Part shown: positions 36,750 to 45,203 of the stretch, piece by piece
Layout: each line of letters begins with the position of its first letter
Position numbering within the stretch: the stretch's first letter is position 1
IMG/VR virus record: IMGVR_UViG_3300028549_000477
Source: a virus
Reading direction: 5' to 3' (one strand)
Length of the DNA stretch: 61,674 nucleotides
Notes under the pieces: model-generated
What the model was told of the DNA's origin: nothing
Databases searched by the model: none
The model's input: only the letters and a program-made list of their open reading frames with translations
Made by a program: the position numbers and the translations under genes

Positions 36750-38799
36750 TAAGAGCTACCGCAGAGTCTTTGAAGCGCACGGCATCGAGTTCGTGAAGGA
36801 CTCGGGGGACGGCATCAATCTTATCGCAGACTGCCCATTCTCGGGCAAGGAAAAAAAGCTCTATGTGAACATCGAGACGGGGCAATGGGACAGCAAGGTC
36901 GCAGGGATTTCGGGCAACCACTACACATTCCTCAGAGAAATCTACAATTGGGCTTTGACCCAAACTGATGACTCGGACCTGTTGCAGATCGCCCAGCATC
37001 GCAAGCTGCCCATCTCTGCCTTCAAGGGCAAGATTGCGCGCAACCCATTGACGGGCAAGTACCTCATTCCTGAGTACAATGTTGACGGAAAGCTCACGGG
37101 TTTAGGTGCATGGTTTCCTGGGTCAAAGGGAGTGTTCCGCACCCCAAAGACCAATGTGCAGCTGAATGGAGCGCACAAGGTCCAAGAGGGCGACATCCTA
37201 TTTATCTGCGAAGGAGAATGGGATTGGTTCGCCCTTCAATGGACATTCGATGCTCTAGGGAAGACCAATTGCAAGGCATTGTGCGTTCCCGGTGCCGCGA
37301 CGCTGAAGGATGAGTGGCAGCCGATCTTCAAGGACCATTCTGTCCGGTGTTGCTACGACAACGATGATCCGGGCCGCAAGGGAGAGCTCAAGGCAAAGAA
37401 GTTGCTTGAGCCGGTCGCATACGATCTCAAGTTCGCGCATTGGAAGCAGGACCTTCCGGACGGCTACGACATTCGGGATTTGGTCACAGAAATTTGCAAC
37501 GGCAAGGATGCCGAGAGCTTGGCCAAGAAAGCCTACATGAAGCTCATGGCAATGTTTGACATTCGCACCAACCAAGAGTTTAGGGAAGGGCGCCCATCTG
37601 GGGGCGCAGAGAAAAAGGAAGAGGACCCAGGCCCCATTCCTAGCGCAAAGGAGCTAGAAGAGGGGTATTCGAAATGGTTGAAGTTGGCCTCTTACACGCC
37701 ATTAGATGTAATATTTGGGACCATTTTTGCGAACCGCATCGACGGTGATCCAGTCTGGACATTTATTATCGCACCACCATCGGGGTCAAAGACTGAGCTT
37801 TTGATGACTCTCAATGGGTCCCCGGAAATTGAGACTACCACAACATTGACGGCCCCGGCACTGATTTCGGGCATCAAGTTCCCCGAGGGCCAGGACCCAT
37901 CGTTGTTGGTCAAAGTGAACGGCAGGATGTTGGTCATCAAGGACTTCACCACCATTCTGACAATGAACACTGGCGCACGAGATGAGGTGTTCGGTGTTCT
38001 TCGTGATGTGTACGACGGCTATGTGGAAAAGTTCTTCGGTACCGGCATCAAGAAGAGCTACAAGTCCAAGTTCGGCATTCTAGCCGGTGTTACCCCGGCC
38101 ATCGACGCAGTGAGCGCCCAGCATTCAGCTTTAGGGGAACGGTTTTTGAAATTTAGGCTTGATCGGTACGAGACTGATGCAGGTGAAAAAGCCAAGATCA
38201 AGCGGGCTTTAGGGAATGTTGGCCAAGAGACGAAGATGCGCGCCGAATTGCAGGCTCTTGCCAAGCGAATGCTCAAGAAGCAGTTGCCCAAAGAGCTGCC
38301 TGCATTGCCCGAGGAGATGCTGGAGCGGGTCACAGCAATTGCGATGTTCACAGCCTACCTTCGGGGCGCCGTAATGAAGGACCCGTACTCCGGTGAAATG
38401 CTCTGCTTGCCTGTTCGTGAAGTTGGAACACGACTCGCTAAGCAGATGGTAAAGCTAGGAGTCGGCATCTCTGTTTTCAGAGATAAGCAGGTCATTGACG
38501 AAGAGACCCTGGCCATTTTGAAGTTGGTGGCATTGGACACGGCCCCGGATCGGGTGAATGCGTTGGTGAAATTTATTTGGGATAACACCAAACAGGACCC
38601 CAAGGCTTTCATCGGGACCAAGGAAATTGCATCGGTCGTCAAGATGTCAGACGCGACTATTTCTAGGGTCATGCAGGACTGCTTGGTCCTGGGCCTCATC
38701 CAACGATCAAAGAACGGCGATGGACCCTTCGGTGGGAACAAGTACCGGCTCTCTGCATCTCTGGAGGAATTGGTTCGCACTTCCGGCATTTATCCTTAG
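36736..38799 (+). CDS. Bifunctional primase / P-loop helicase
   Basis: N-terminal zinc-binding-like ADCPFSGKEKK. Toprim motifs FICEGEWD and CYDNDDPG. P-loop APPSGSKTE. 687 aa. Confidence 0.8.
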   Translation: MSEIDKSYRRVFEAHGIEFVKDSGDGINLIADCPFSGKEKKLYVNIETGQWDSKVAGISGNHYTFLREIYNWALTQTDDSDLLQIAQHRKLPISAFKGKIARNPLTGKYLIPEYNVDGKLTGLGAWFPGSKGVFRTPKTNVQLNGAHKVQEGDILFICEGEWDWFALQWTFDALGKTNCKALCVPGAATLKDEWQPIFKDHSVRCCYDNDDPGRKGELKAKKLLEPVAYDLKFAHWKQDLPDGYDIRDLVTEICNGKDAESLAKKAYMKLMAMFDIRTNQEFREGRPSGGAEKKEEDPGPIPSAKELEEGYSKWLKLASYTPLDVIFGTIFANRIDGDPVWTFIIAPPSGSKTELLMTLNGSPEIETTTTLTAPALISGIKFPEGQDPSLLVKVNGRMLVIKDFTTILTMNTGARDEVFGVLRDVYDGYVEKFFGTGIKKSYKSKFGILAGVTPAIDAVSAQHSALGERFLKFRLDRYETDAGEKAKIKRALGNVGQETKMRAELQALAKRMLKKQLPKELPALPEEMLERVTAIAMFTAYLRGAVMKDPYSGEMLCLPVREVGTRLAKQMVKLGVGISVFRDKQVIDEETLAILKLVALDTAPDRVNALVKFIWDNTKQDPKAFIGTKEIASVVKMSDATISRVMQDCLVLGLIQRSKNGDGPFGGNKYRLSASLEELVRTSGIYP

Positions 38800-38810
38800 T
38801 TCTCCCCCTG

Positions 38811-38850
38811 TTCTCCCCCCTCACACTATAAGAGGGGGGAGAATTTTTTT
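38811..38850 (+). terminator. Rho-independent terminator
   Basis: Stem TTCTCCCCCCTC / GAGGGGGGAGAA (12 bp), 9-nt loop, T7 run. Confidence 0.85.
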
Positions 38851-38861
38851 ATATAAATCAC

Positions 38862-38890
38862 TTGCTAGTCAAAATTATTTTTTATATATT
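38862..38890 (+). promoter_or_regulatory. Promoter P5
   Basis: TTGCTA, 17-nt spacer, TATATT. Preceded by AATCACTTG. Confidence 0.65.
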
Positions 38891-38943
38891 CAGTGTATCC
38901 CCCTTCCCTGTTGTTAGGGGGAGAACACAAAGAAGGTGAAAAA

Positions 38944-40704
38944 ATGGCAAGGTCTGCAATGAAGATTGATCTCAAGGGAAGCGGAATGTTGGAAAGTGGT
39001 GCTCCGGTACATCCCGGTGATGTTGGTGATCTCGGGGAAGGTAACGAGCTCACATCGCTCCGTGCCGAAGTCTTGAATGGTGTCGGCAAGTTGACCAAGG
39101 ATGAGTTTGCCGATTTTTGGTCGGAAGAAGGCCACGATGAGATCGGCAACATGGCCGAAGCCAAGGAGTTCCTTGATGGCGTGAAGAGCTTGCCTCTGAT
39201 GCGCGTCTTCAAGGAAGATCTTTCCGAGTTTGTGGAAACCATCAAGAACGATGCCGAAACCGAAGAAGGTGAAGGCGATGGTGACTCTGAGGGCGAAGAG
39301 AGCGATGAAGGCTCCGGTGAAGGTGAAGCCGACGATGGTGAGGGCGAGGGTGAAGGTGAAGATGGCGAAGGCGAAGGTGACGAAGAGGGTGATGAGGACG
39401 GCGAGGGTGAGGGCGACGATGAGGACGGAGAAGGGGAAGATGAGCCATCCGATGAGGAAGGCGAGGGCAACCCCGATGCAGACTCCGAAGAGGAGAACAA
39501 GGCGAATGGTGCCGACGACGATCTGCTCCATCGTGTACAGGAGCTAGAGCGGTGGCGCAAGGATGAGATCGACCCTCGCATGGAAGGCGATCTGCCCGAG
39601 CCCAAGGATGCAGCGCCCAAGGCCGAGGCCCCCAAGAACGATGTGAAGCCCGCTCCCAAGGATGCCCCTGACATGGGCTGGCTTCCCCCCGAGCAGTTGC
39701 TCAAGCTGATGAAGGGCGGCAAGAAGGCCGATGCCCCCAAGGCAGGGAGCGAAGAAATTCTGCCCGAATGGTTTGACAAGGCTATTCAGCTCATCAAGGG
39801 AGGCAAGCCATTGTTCCTTGCCGGTCCTGCCGGATGCGGCAAGACCCACACCTGCGCGATCATCGCTCGGTACCTCGGCTTGCCGTTCGGCGCGCATTCC
39901 TGCTCTGAGGGGATGCACTCGGGCGACCTCGCAGGGATGCTCCTGCCGGTGGAAGCGGGGGGCAACTTCGTCCATGTGCCTTCCCTGTTTATTTCCATGT
40001 GTGTCAAGCCTGGCATCTTCCTGTGGGACGAGCTTGACAATGCTGACGCGAACTTCTTGGTCGGCTTCAACATGATGGTGGCTCAGCGCGAGCTCTACAT
40101 TCCTAGTCGTCGGCTGAGCACTCTTCCCGAGTTTGAAGTTGCCGATGTGCTTGAGTATTGGAGCAAGCATTTCGGTGCCAAGGCTTGCGAGGAGCGCATC
40201 GGTCGCGAGACCATCAAGAACCTGCGCGATCTGCGCGAGATGCTCGGCAAGGACAACTATGCCAAGTTGGATGACTCATTCGGCAAGGTGACGCTCCACC
40301 CCGACTTCCACATCATTGCGGCCGCCAACACCTTCGGGCATGGTGCGAACGCAGTATATGCCGGTCGCAATCAGCTCGATGGTAGCACGCTTGACCGCTT
40401 CCGCATCGGTACGCTCAAGCTCACCTACTCCCCCAAGGTGGAGGCAGCATTGCTGAGCGAGGATGTGCGTCGCTGGGCTCATTACCTCAGAGAAGCTCTG
40501 GCTCATCTGAGAATGGACCGCAAGCTCGTCACCACTCGCTTCCTCAAGGACTGTTCCGACATGGAGCGCGAGTTCGGATGGTGCGAGAGCGATTTCGCGG
40601 AGCAGTTCTTTGCCGACTTCCCATCGGTGGACGCTGAAAAGGTCGCCAAGCGTATGCATGAAACCATCACGGCCGATCTGATGGCCGGAAAGAAGGTTGT
40701 ATAA
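38944..40704 (+). CDS. MoxR/CobS-like AAA+ ATPase with a hyper-acidic N-terminal tract
   Basis: Walker A LAGPAGCGKTH and Walker B IFLWDELD. HPDFHIIAAANT ... GRNQLDGSTLDRF. A GE/GD-rich tract is encoded at about 39250-39500, followed by a PK-rich linker. Confidence 0.8.
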   Translation: MARSAMKIDLKGSGMLESGAPVHPGDVGDLGEGNELTSLRAEVLNGVGKLTKDEFADFWSEEGHDEIGNMAEAKEFLDGVKSLPLMRVFKEDLSEFVETIKNDAETEEGEGDGDSEGEESDEGSGEGEADDGEGEGEGEDGEGEGDEEGDEDGEGEGDDEDGEGEDEPSDEEGEGNPDADSEEENKANGADDDLLHRVQELERWRKDEIDPRMEGDLPEPKDAAPKAEAPKNDVKPAPKDAPDMGWLPPEQLLKLMKGGKKADAPKAGSEEILPEWFDKAIQLIKGGKPLFLAGPAGCGKTHTCAIIARYLGLPFGAHSCSEGMHSGDLAGMLLPVEAGGNFVHVPSLFISMCVKPGIFLWDELDNADANFLVGFNMMVAQRELYIPSRRLSTLPEFEVADVLEYWSKHFGAKACEERIGRETIKNLRDLREMLGKDNYAKLDDSFGKVTLHPDFHIIAAANTFGHGANAVYAGRNQLDGSTLDRFRIGTLKLTYSPKVEAALLSEDVRRWAHYLREALAHLRMDRKLVTTRFLKDCSDMEREFGWCESDFAEQFFADFPSVDAEKVAKRMHETITADLMAGKKVV

Positions 40705-41663
40705 TGACTACGCTTGAAGACCTCAAGAACCCTGCACGCATCTCGCAGGACGAAGCGGAGAGCATCTATCAAGTGATGGCTGACGGCAAGACCGTCATCG
40801 CTTGGTTTGACAATCCGCAGGCTATGGTGGAGATGGGCGTCGCTGACAACGAGTATGCCCGCCACAATCTCAATCGGTTGTACAATGTGCTCCGTGGCGG
40901 CCATCACTGGATCGGCATGAATGATTGCGAGCGCGCAATCGAATGCTTGACCGTGGACGGGTGGGATGAAGGTGTGCAGAAGGGCCTGGACTCATTCGGC
41001 ACTCTTGATCCCATCAAGCTCCCCTCGGTTCGCAGGAAGCTCCGGCATGGGCCGGTCGGTCAGCGCCTTGACATTCACCGGGTCTACGCCGGGCGCATTG
41101 AAGAGGCGTGGGATGTTATGAAGCGGGAAGGGGATTTCAGCTCTTCTCTGAAGAAAACATCTACGACGATCCTAGTGGACATCGGCGCAAATGCCGGAAC
41201 TAGCGCCTCGGAAATGTTCTGGCGCGGGGCCTTGGCTAACACGATGGCCGACGCACTTTCGCAGAGCGGTCGTCCGGTGCGCATCATCGCCTATGCCGGT
41301 ACCACCGGATTGCGCAATGATTACGACTCGGACGGCAAGGGCGACTCCATTATCTCCGCTTGCGTGGTCAAGGACTTCCTGCATCCGGTGGAGTTGAACA
41401 ACCTGTATGCTCAGACGGCACTGGCCGCATCGTTCCGGTTGCTTCACTTCAAGGTCTTGCAGCTGATGCCCTACGGTGAGACTCGGGGCAACCTCGGCCA
41501 CCATTGGGATATTCCGCAAGAAGTGCTTGAGGACTACCTCGGAGATGGCCAGGACCTCGTTCTGAATATCTCTAACATCTGGAGCAAGCAGAGCGCCCTT
41601 GAGGCATTGGAAGCCTTCCGCAAGCGCATGGAAGACCCCTCTTCCTTCTCGGGAGGGGAATAA
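40704..41663 (+). CDS. Partner of the AAA+ ATPase, possible degenerate vWA (CobT-like) protein
   Basis: The start overlaps the ATPase stop. ILVDIGANAGTSASE could be a degenerate MIDAS motif. The call is weak and mostly positional. Confidence 0.45.
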   Translation: MTTLEDLKNPARISQDEAESIYQVMADGKTVIAWFDNPQAMVEMGVADNEYARHNLNRLYNVLRGGHHWIGMNDCERAIECLTVDGWDEGVQKGLDSFGTLDPIKLPSVRRKLRHGPVGQRLDIHRVYAGRIEEAWDVMKREGDFSSSLKKTSTTILVDIGANAGTSASEMFWRGALANTMADALSQSGRPVRIIAYAGTTGLRNDYDSDGKGDSIISACVVKDFLHPVELNNLYAQTALAASFRLLHFKVLQLMPYGETRGNLGHHWDIPQEVLEDYLGDGQDLVLNISNIWSKQSALEALEAFRKRMEDPSSFSGGE

Positions 41664-41665
41664 TC

Positions 41666-41842
41666 ATGCCGATACCGCGGGACATCAGCGAGGCCCTTCA
41701 CCATCTGGGTATCCGACAGGCGGTGAGCGGGTCCTTCATCAGAGACAACCGGAACCGGGAATGTTTTGACGCAAAGGATAAGGATGGAAACTCGGTCGTG
41801 CTATTGATGCGCGACGGCCACAGGTGGCGGAGGTGGAAATGA
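41666..41842 (+). CDS. Small hypothetical protein (58 aa)
   Basis: Hand-translated. ATGA overlap with the next start. Confidence 0.35.
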   Translation: MPIPRDISEALHHLGIRQAVSGSFIRDNRNRECFDAKDKDGNSVVLLMRDGHRWRRWK

Positions 41843-42369
41843 GCTGCTTATTCTACATCGTACAAAACGAGAGCACCGGCTCATTCAGCTTGCGGTTGCG
41901 TAACCCCGAGACAGGGCAGGACGCATTCGTGAGGGCCTTGCCCCAGCCATTAGATGAGGCTAAAAAAGAGGCCGAAAAATGGAGCATGGGTCTTGAGGTC
42001 CAGGTCCATCTTGACGGATGGAAAGAAGCCTCGCCCGAGGACATTGCCAAGGCCGAGCGCGAAAAGCAGGAGGCCATCGCGCAGAAGAAGAAATCTGCTG
42101 AGCGTGGAATGTTCAAGACGGCCCGAGAAATGGCCAAGTTTGACGAGGAAGCGGTGAAAGAACAGGAGCCATTCGGTGACACGGTTCCCGATGATTTCTT
42201 GGTTGGGTGGGGCAAGCATCGCGGGAAGAAGATGAGCGAGCTTCCGCAGAGTTACCTGCGATGGATGCTTAACGAGTGGATGGGCGGCGACGAACCTGTC
42301 AAGGAGTGGCAGAAGTTCCCCCTCAGATGGGCATACAGGAAGTTGTACGGCAGGGATTTGAGCATCTAA
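41839..42369 (+). CDS. Protein with a DUF3820-like C-terminal motif
   Basis: VGWGKHRGKKMSELPQSYLRWML fits the GKxxGxxxxELPxxYLxW pattern. ATG 41839 is preferred over the upstream start at 41824. Confidence 0.5.
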   Translation: MSCLFYIVQNESTGSFSLRLRNPETGQDAFVRALPQPLDEAKKEAEKWSMGLEVQVHLDGWKEASPEDIAKAEREKQEAIAQKKKSAERGMFKTAREMAKFDEEAVKEQEPFGDTVPDDFLVGWGKHRGKKMSELPQSYLRWMLNEWMGGDEPVKEWQKFPLRWAYRKLYGRDLSI

Positions 42370-42381
42370 CTAACAGGCCCT

Positions 42382-42810
42382 ATGGGCGAAAGAGAGCGCA
42401 AGATGTGCGACGAAAATAGCGAAGAGTGCAAGATGTGCGAGAAGCGGGACGACTGCAAGAAGGCGCATGAGTTTCCTAAGATGCAGGACAAGGACGAGCA
42501 GTTGATGATGCAGGCCAAGGCCAAGTCGGTCATCGACTCCAGCGACTTCTTCTTCCTCATCGCCTTTGATGAAGAAGGTCCGGAGGTAATGTCGTGCCTT
42601 CCGAGCAATTCTATTGTTTGGACTCCGCGCATCTCGGGCATGGTTCTTCATCACGCTCGGCAAGCGGTTTCGGAAGGTCTCAAGCAGTTCTTGCACTCGA
42701 TGGTAAAGGACGGAGTTCCGCCCGCCATCGCTGCGAAGGTGATGCACAAGGTCTTGGATCAAATCAAGCATGAAGCCGACAACCCTAGCACTGAACCGGA
42801 GGATAATTGA
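42382..42810 (+). CDS. Hypothetical protein
   Basis: 142 aa with an N-terminal Cys-rich stretch (CDENSEECKMCEKRDDC). Confidence 0.5.
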   Translation: MGERERKMCDENSEECKMCEKRDDCKKAHEFPKMQDKDEQLMMQAKAKSVIDSSDFFFLIAFDEEGPEVMSCLPSNSIVWTPRISGMVLHHARQAVSEGLKQFLHSMVKDGVPPAIAAKVMHKVLDQIKHEADNPSTEPEDN

Positions 42811-42984
42811 ATGGAAGGCCAGAACGCAGTCTTTGCCCGCATCGTAGCGGCCCTTGGCCAGATGGCCGTTTCCTCTGAGCAGAGCGATGCGCTTTGCGCG
42901 GCTCTCAAGATGGACTCCCGTGAACTCCTTGAATGGATCGAACGGGCCGAGCAGGTGGCGGAAGATGCCGAGAGGAGGTCGTAG
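42811..42984 (+). CDS. Small hypothetical protein (57 aa)
   Basis: Hand-translated. It fills the gap between two flanking genes. Confidence 0.35.
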   Translation: MEGQNAVFARIVAALGQMAVSSEQSDALCAALKMDSRELLEWIERAEQVAEDAERRS

Positions 42985-43256
42985 TGCATACGCTGGAGAT
43001 GAAGTGGCTTTGGCGCCTGGCATTCCTAGGTGCAGGACTGCTGATTGGGTACATCGTTGCAGTCTCCGAAATCGGATGGGCGATTGACCGATATAGCAAT
43101 GTCCAGACGAACGAGCGCATGGAGCCGGAGCGCCCGGATTTCATTGACTCAGAGTGGAGGTGCGCAGAGGTCTCCATTCCCGAGATTACCGAGGGCGTTG
43201 ACTCGGCCATTCTCTGTCAGAAAATGACCCGCAAGGGTCGGAAGGAGAAGAGATGA
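42984..43256 (+). CDS. Membrane-anchored small protein
   Basis: GTG follows GGAGG. Hydrophobic segment WLWRLAFLGAGLLIGYIVAV. Confidence 0.45.
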   Translation: MHTLEMKWLWRLAFLGAGLLIGYIVAVSEIGWAIDRYSNVQTNERMEPERPDFIDSEWRCAEVSIPEITEGVDSAILCQKMTRKGRKEKR

Positions 43257-43501
43257 AAATCGACATAGAGAAGTACGAGGACGCGTTCATTCTAGCTATG
43301 GTGGGAGCCGGGATGAAGCGATCAGAGGCGGTGAAAGCGACCAGTGCCATCAAGGAAGTAGTGGACACACATCTTCCTTGCGTGTCCTGTGGGAATGTGC
43401 TGCCGGACGACGCTTTCTTCCAACAGGCCGCGAATGCTAACCGTAGAGGGCGCGGAACGCATTGCAAGGCTTGCTTCCGAAAAGTGTATCCGGTTCGGTA
43501 A
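43253..43501 (+). CDS. Small zinc-ribbon protein
   Basis: ATGA overlap with the upstream gene. Motifs CVSCG and CKAC. Confidence 0.5.
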   Translation: MKIDIEKYEDAFILAMVGAGMKRSEAVKATSAIKEVVDTHLPCVSCGNVLPDDAFFQQAANANRRGRGTHCKACFRKVYPVR

Positions 43502-43513
43502 CTTGGCCATACG

Positions 43514-43544
43514 ATGAGGCATCTTTTTAGCGAAGATGCCTCAT
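43514..43544 (+). terminator. Hairpin terminator
   Basis: Stem ATGAGGCATCTT / AAGATGCCTCAT (12 bp), 7-nt loop. The T tract after it is weak (TGTCATATTATTG). Confidence 0.65.
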
Positions 43545-43569
43545 TGTCATATTATTGTCAAAATATTGT

Positions 43570-43598
43570 TTGATTTACTAGCTAGGATTGTTTATATT
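43570..43598 (+). promoter_or_regulatory. Promoter P6
   Basis: TTGATT, 17-nt spacer, TATATT. Confidence 0.65.
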
Positions 43599-43625
43599 AG
43601 TTAGGTACCTTCCCCTTTGTTGACT

Positions 43626-43650
43626 GATTAGAGCCCCTAGGGGCTCACAA
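43626..43650 (+). repeat. 25-nt leader repeat, copy 1, containing a 16-bp perfect palindrome
   Basis: GATTAGAGCCCCTAGGGGCTCACAA. The palindrome is GAGCCCCTAGGGGCTC. Confidence 0.9.
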
Positions 43651-43686
43651 GTTGACCGGAAAGGGGGGAAGGGTAGCACCTAGCTA

Positions 43687-43711
43687 GATTAGAGCCCCTA
43701 GGGGCTCACAA
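43687..43711 (+). repeat. 25-nt leader repeat, copy 2
   Basis: An identical 25-mer 61 nt downstream of copy 1, about 20 nt before the first start codon of the operon. Confidence 0.9.
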
Positions 43712-43730
43712 AGGGAAAGAAGGTGAAAGA

Positions 43731-43853
43731 ATGGCAACTCAACTAAAGCTCATCTCACAGGCAAATGGTGTGCAGGTTCTCTTGAATGTGGCCACGGGCG
43801 CCGTGACCATTCGCCCCATGAATGCTAAGACTGCCGAGCTCCTAAATGCGTAA
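43731..43853 (+). CDS. Small hypothetical protein (40 aa)
   Basis: Hand-translated. RBS GAAGGTGAAAG. Confidence 0.35.
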   Translation: MATQLKLISQANGVQVLLNVATGAVTIRPMNAKTAELLNA

Positions 43854-43860
43854 GGCGGCT

Positions 43861-44145
43861 ATGGTTTCCGGTTCGATCCGCATTCCTGTCCTGTTGGTTT
43901 CGGCCACGGAGAAGAATGCAGTTATCGCAAAGGTTCCGGTGAACGATGAGGGCCTGGTCCTGTGGCGCAAGCCGAATGCAGCGCAGGTGCTCCCCAAGCG
44001 GGCCAATGGCCGGTATTGGACGGATTGGAGCAAGGAATGCGGAGAGAGCACGACCGAGTGCTTTGGTTTTCATTTGCAGGTCGGGTATGGGCGCGAGGCC
44101 CTTATCTTTGGGAAGATCAACCAGATGAGAAAGGGAGGCAAGTAG
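43861..44145 (+). CDS. Hypothetical protein
   Basis: ATG 43861 follows AAGGCGG. An alternative start lies at 43846. Confidence 0.45.
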   Translation: MVSGSIRIPVLLVSATEKNAVIAKVPVNDEGLVLWRKPNAAQVLPKRANGRYWTDWSKECGESTTECFGFHLQVGYGREALIFGKINQMRKGGK

Positions 44146-44146
44146 A

Positions 44147-44407
44147 ATGGCAACTGCACAACAGGTATTGAGCATTCGCAAGGCGTTGGTAATGGAACAG
44201 CTTGAGCTGATTACTGAGGCAATGGTGGATCACTCCCCCTTCACAATGAAGCAGGTGGAAGATTGTGAGTGCAGTGTAATGCATTTCTGCCGAGCGGTTC
44301 CGGAAGAGAATGAGGACGACCACTGTGAATGGTCGGCAAGTGCGGCCTTGATCCTTGAAATGGCTCGGCGCACCTTGGATGCGCGCAAGAGCGGGGAGGG
44401 CAAGTAA
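44147..44407 (+). CDS. Hypothetical protein
   Basis: RBS GGGAGG. 86 aa. Confidence 0.5.
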   Translation: MATAQQVLSIRKALVMEQLELITEAMVDHSPFTMKQVEDCECSVMHFCRAVPEENEDDHCEWSASAALILEMARRTLDARKSGEGK

Positions 44408-44491
44408 ATGGAAATCTTCGGACTTTGCGTGGTGGCGATGAACCTGTTCGGTTGCGCCTTGTGCATTCAGGTATTGCGAATGAGCCGGTAG
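44408..44491 (+). CDS. Possible 27-aa hydrophobic Cys-rich peptide
   Basis: The ATG directly follows the upstream stop, with GGGGAGGG 7-8 nt upstream. Sequence MEIFGLCVVAMNLFGCALCIQVLRMSR. Confidence 0.3.
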   Translation: MEIFGLCVVAMNLFGCALCIQVLRMSR

Positions 44492-44606
44492 AAGGCGAAA
44501 CCTCGGCCATAGAATGAGCCGAGGTCTGCGGATAAATGGGCGTCCCGCACTGATGAGCCAGCCCGAACAATGAAAACCGAAAGCCCTCGGGGCAGGAGAA
44601 TGGAAA

Positions 44607-45203
44607 ATGGCAAGACTCTGGATGCGTTTGGGTGCCGAAATTGAATTGGACGATGTGACGATTGAGCGCATCAAGTCCTGTGATGTGAATACTGCCGCCT
44701 TGGTTGAAGGGGCGCTGAAAGATGGGAGAGTGCGGATTACGGGCGACTGCTACATTCCTGGTGATCTGCTTGGGGATGGCCAGGAGGACCACGGCTTTGA
44801 CATGAATGAAGTGGCAGTCACCGTGGCGACTCCGCAGAATGTGCAGGTCTACCTTGTGCGTGAGCCGATGGGCAAGCTCCGTGCCTATGCTCGGGTCATC
44901 TTGGGGCAGTTACAGCTAACCGGCCTTCGCATTTATGAAGGGACGCAAGGATTGTTTGTGTCCTACCCAAATGATCCGGCCTCTAAGGGGGAGGATTACC
45001 GGCAGATTTTCTATCCCATCACTCGCGAATTGCGCGACTCCATTGAAAAAGCAGTCCTTGCCGAGTACGAGTATATGATGGCACGGGACGAAGAAGAGAA
45101 GCGCATCGCAGTGATAAAGGAGTTCGTCCTTGAAGCGATGCCCGAGCTGAGCACCGAGGAAGCAGTGAACCTCATCAAGAAGTGGGAGGCCCGCAATGCG
45201 TAA
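44607..45203 (+). CDS. SpoVG-like domain protein with an extra N-terminal domain
   Basis: LRAYARVILGQLQLTGLRIYEGTQGLFVSYPNDPASKGEDYRQIFYPITRELRDSIEKAVLAEY resembles SpoVG. Confidence 0.65.
   Translation: MARLWMRLGAEIELDDVTIERIKSCDVNTAALVEGALKDGRVRITGDCYIPGDLLGDGQEDHGFDMNEVAVTVATPQNVQVYLVREPMGKLRAYARVILGQLQLTGLRIYEGTQGLFVSYPNDPASKGEDYRQIFYPITRELRDSIEKAVLAEYEYMMARDEEEKRIAVIKEFVLEAMPELSTEEAVNLIKKWEARNA

Noticed and set aside
39250-39500. Tandem DNA repeat or microsatellite (GAAGG/GATGG-type units) as a stand-alone element.
   Set aside because: It lies in frame inside the AAA+ ATPase gene and encodes the GE/GD acidic tract. I interpret it as coding low complexity rather than a separate repeat element.
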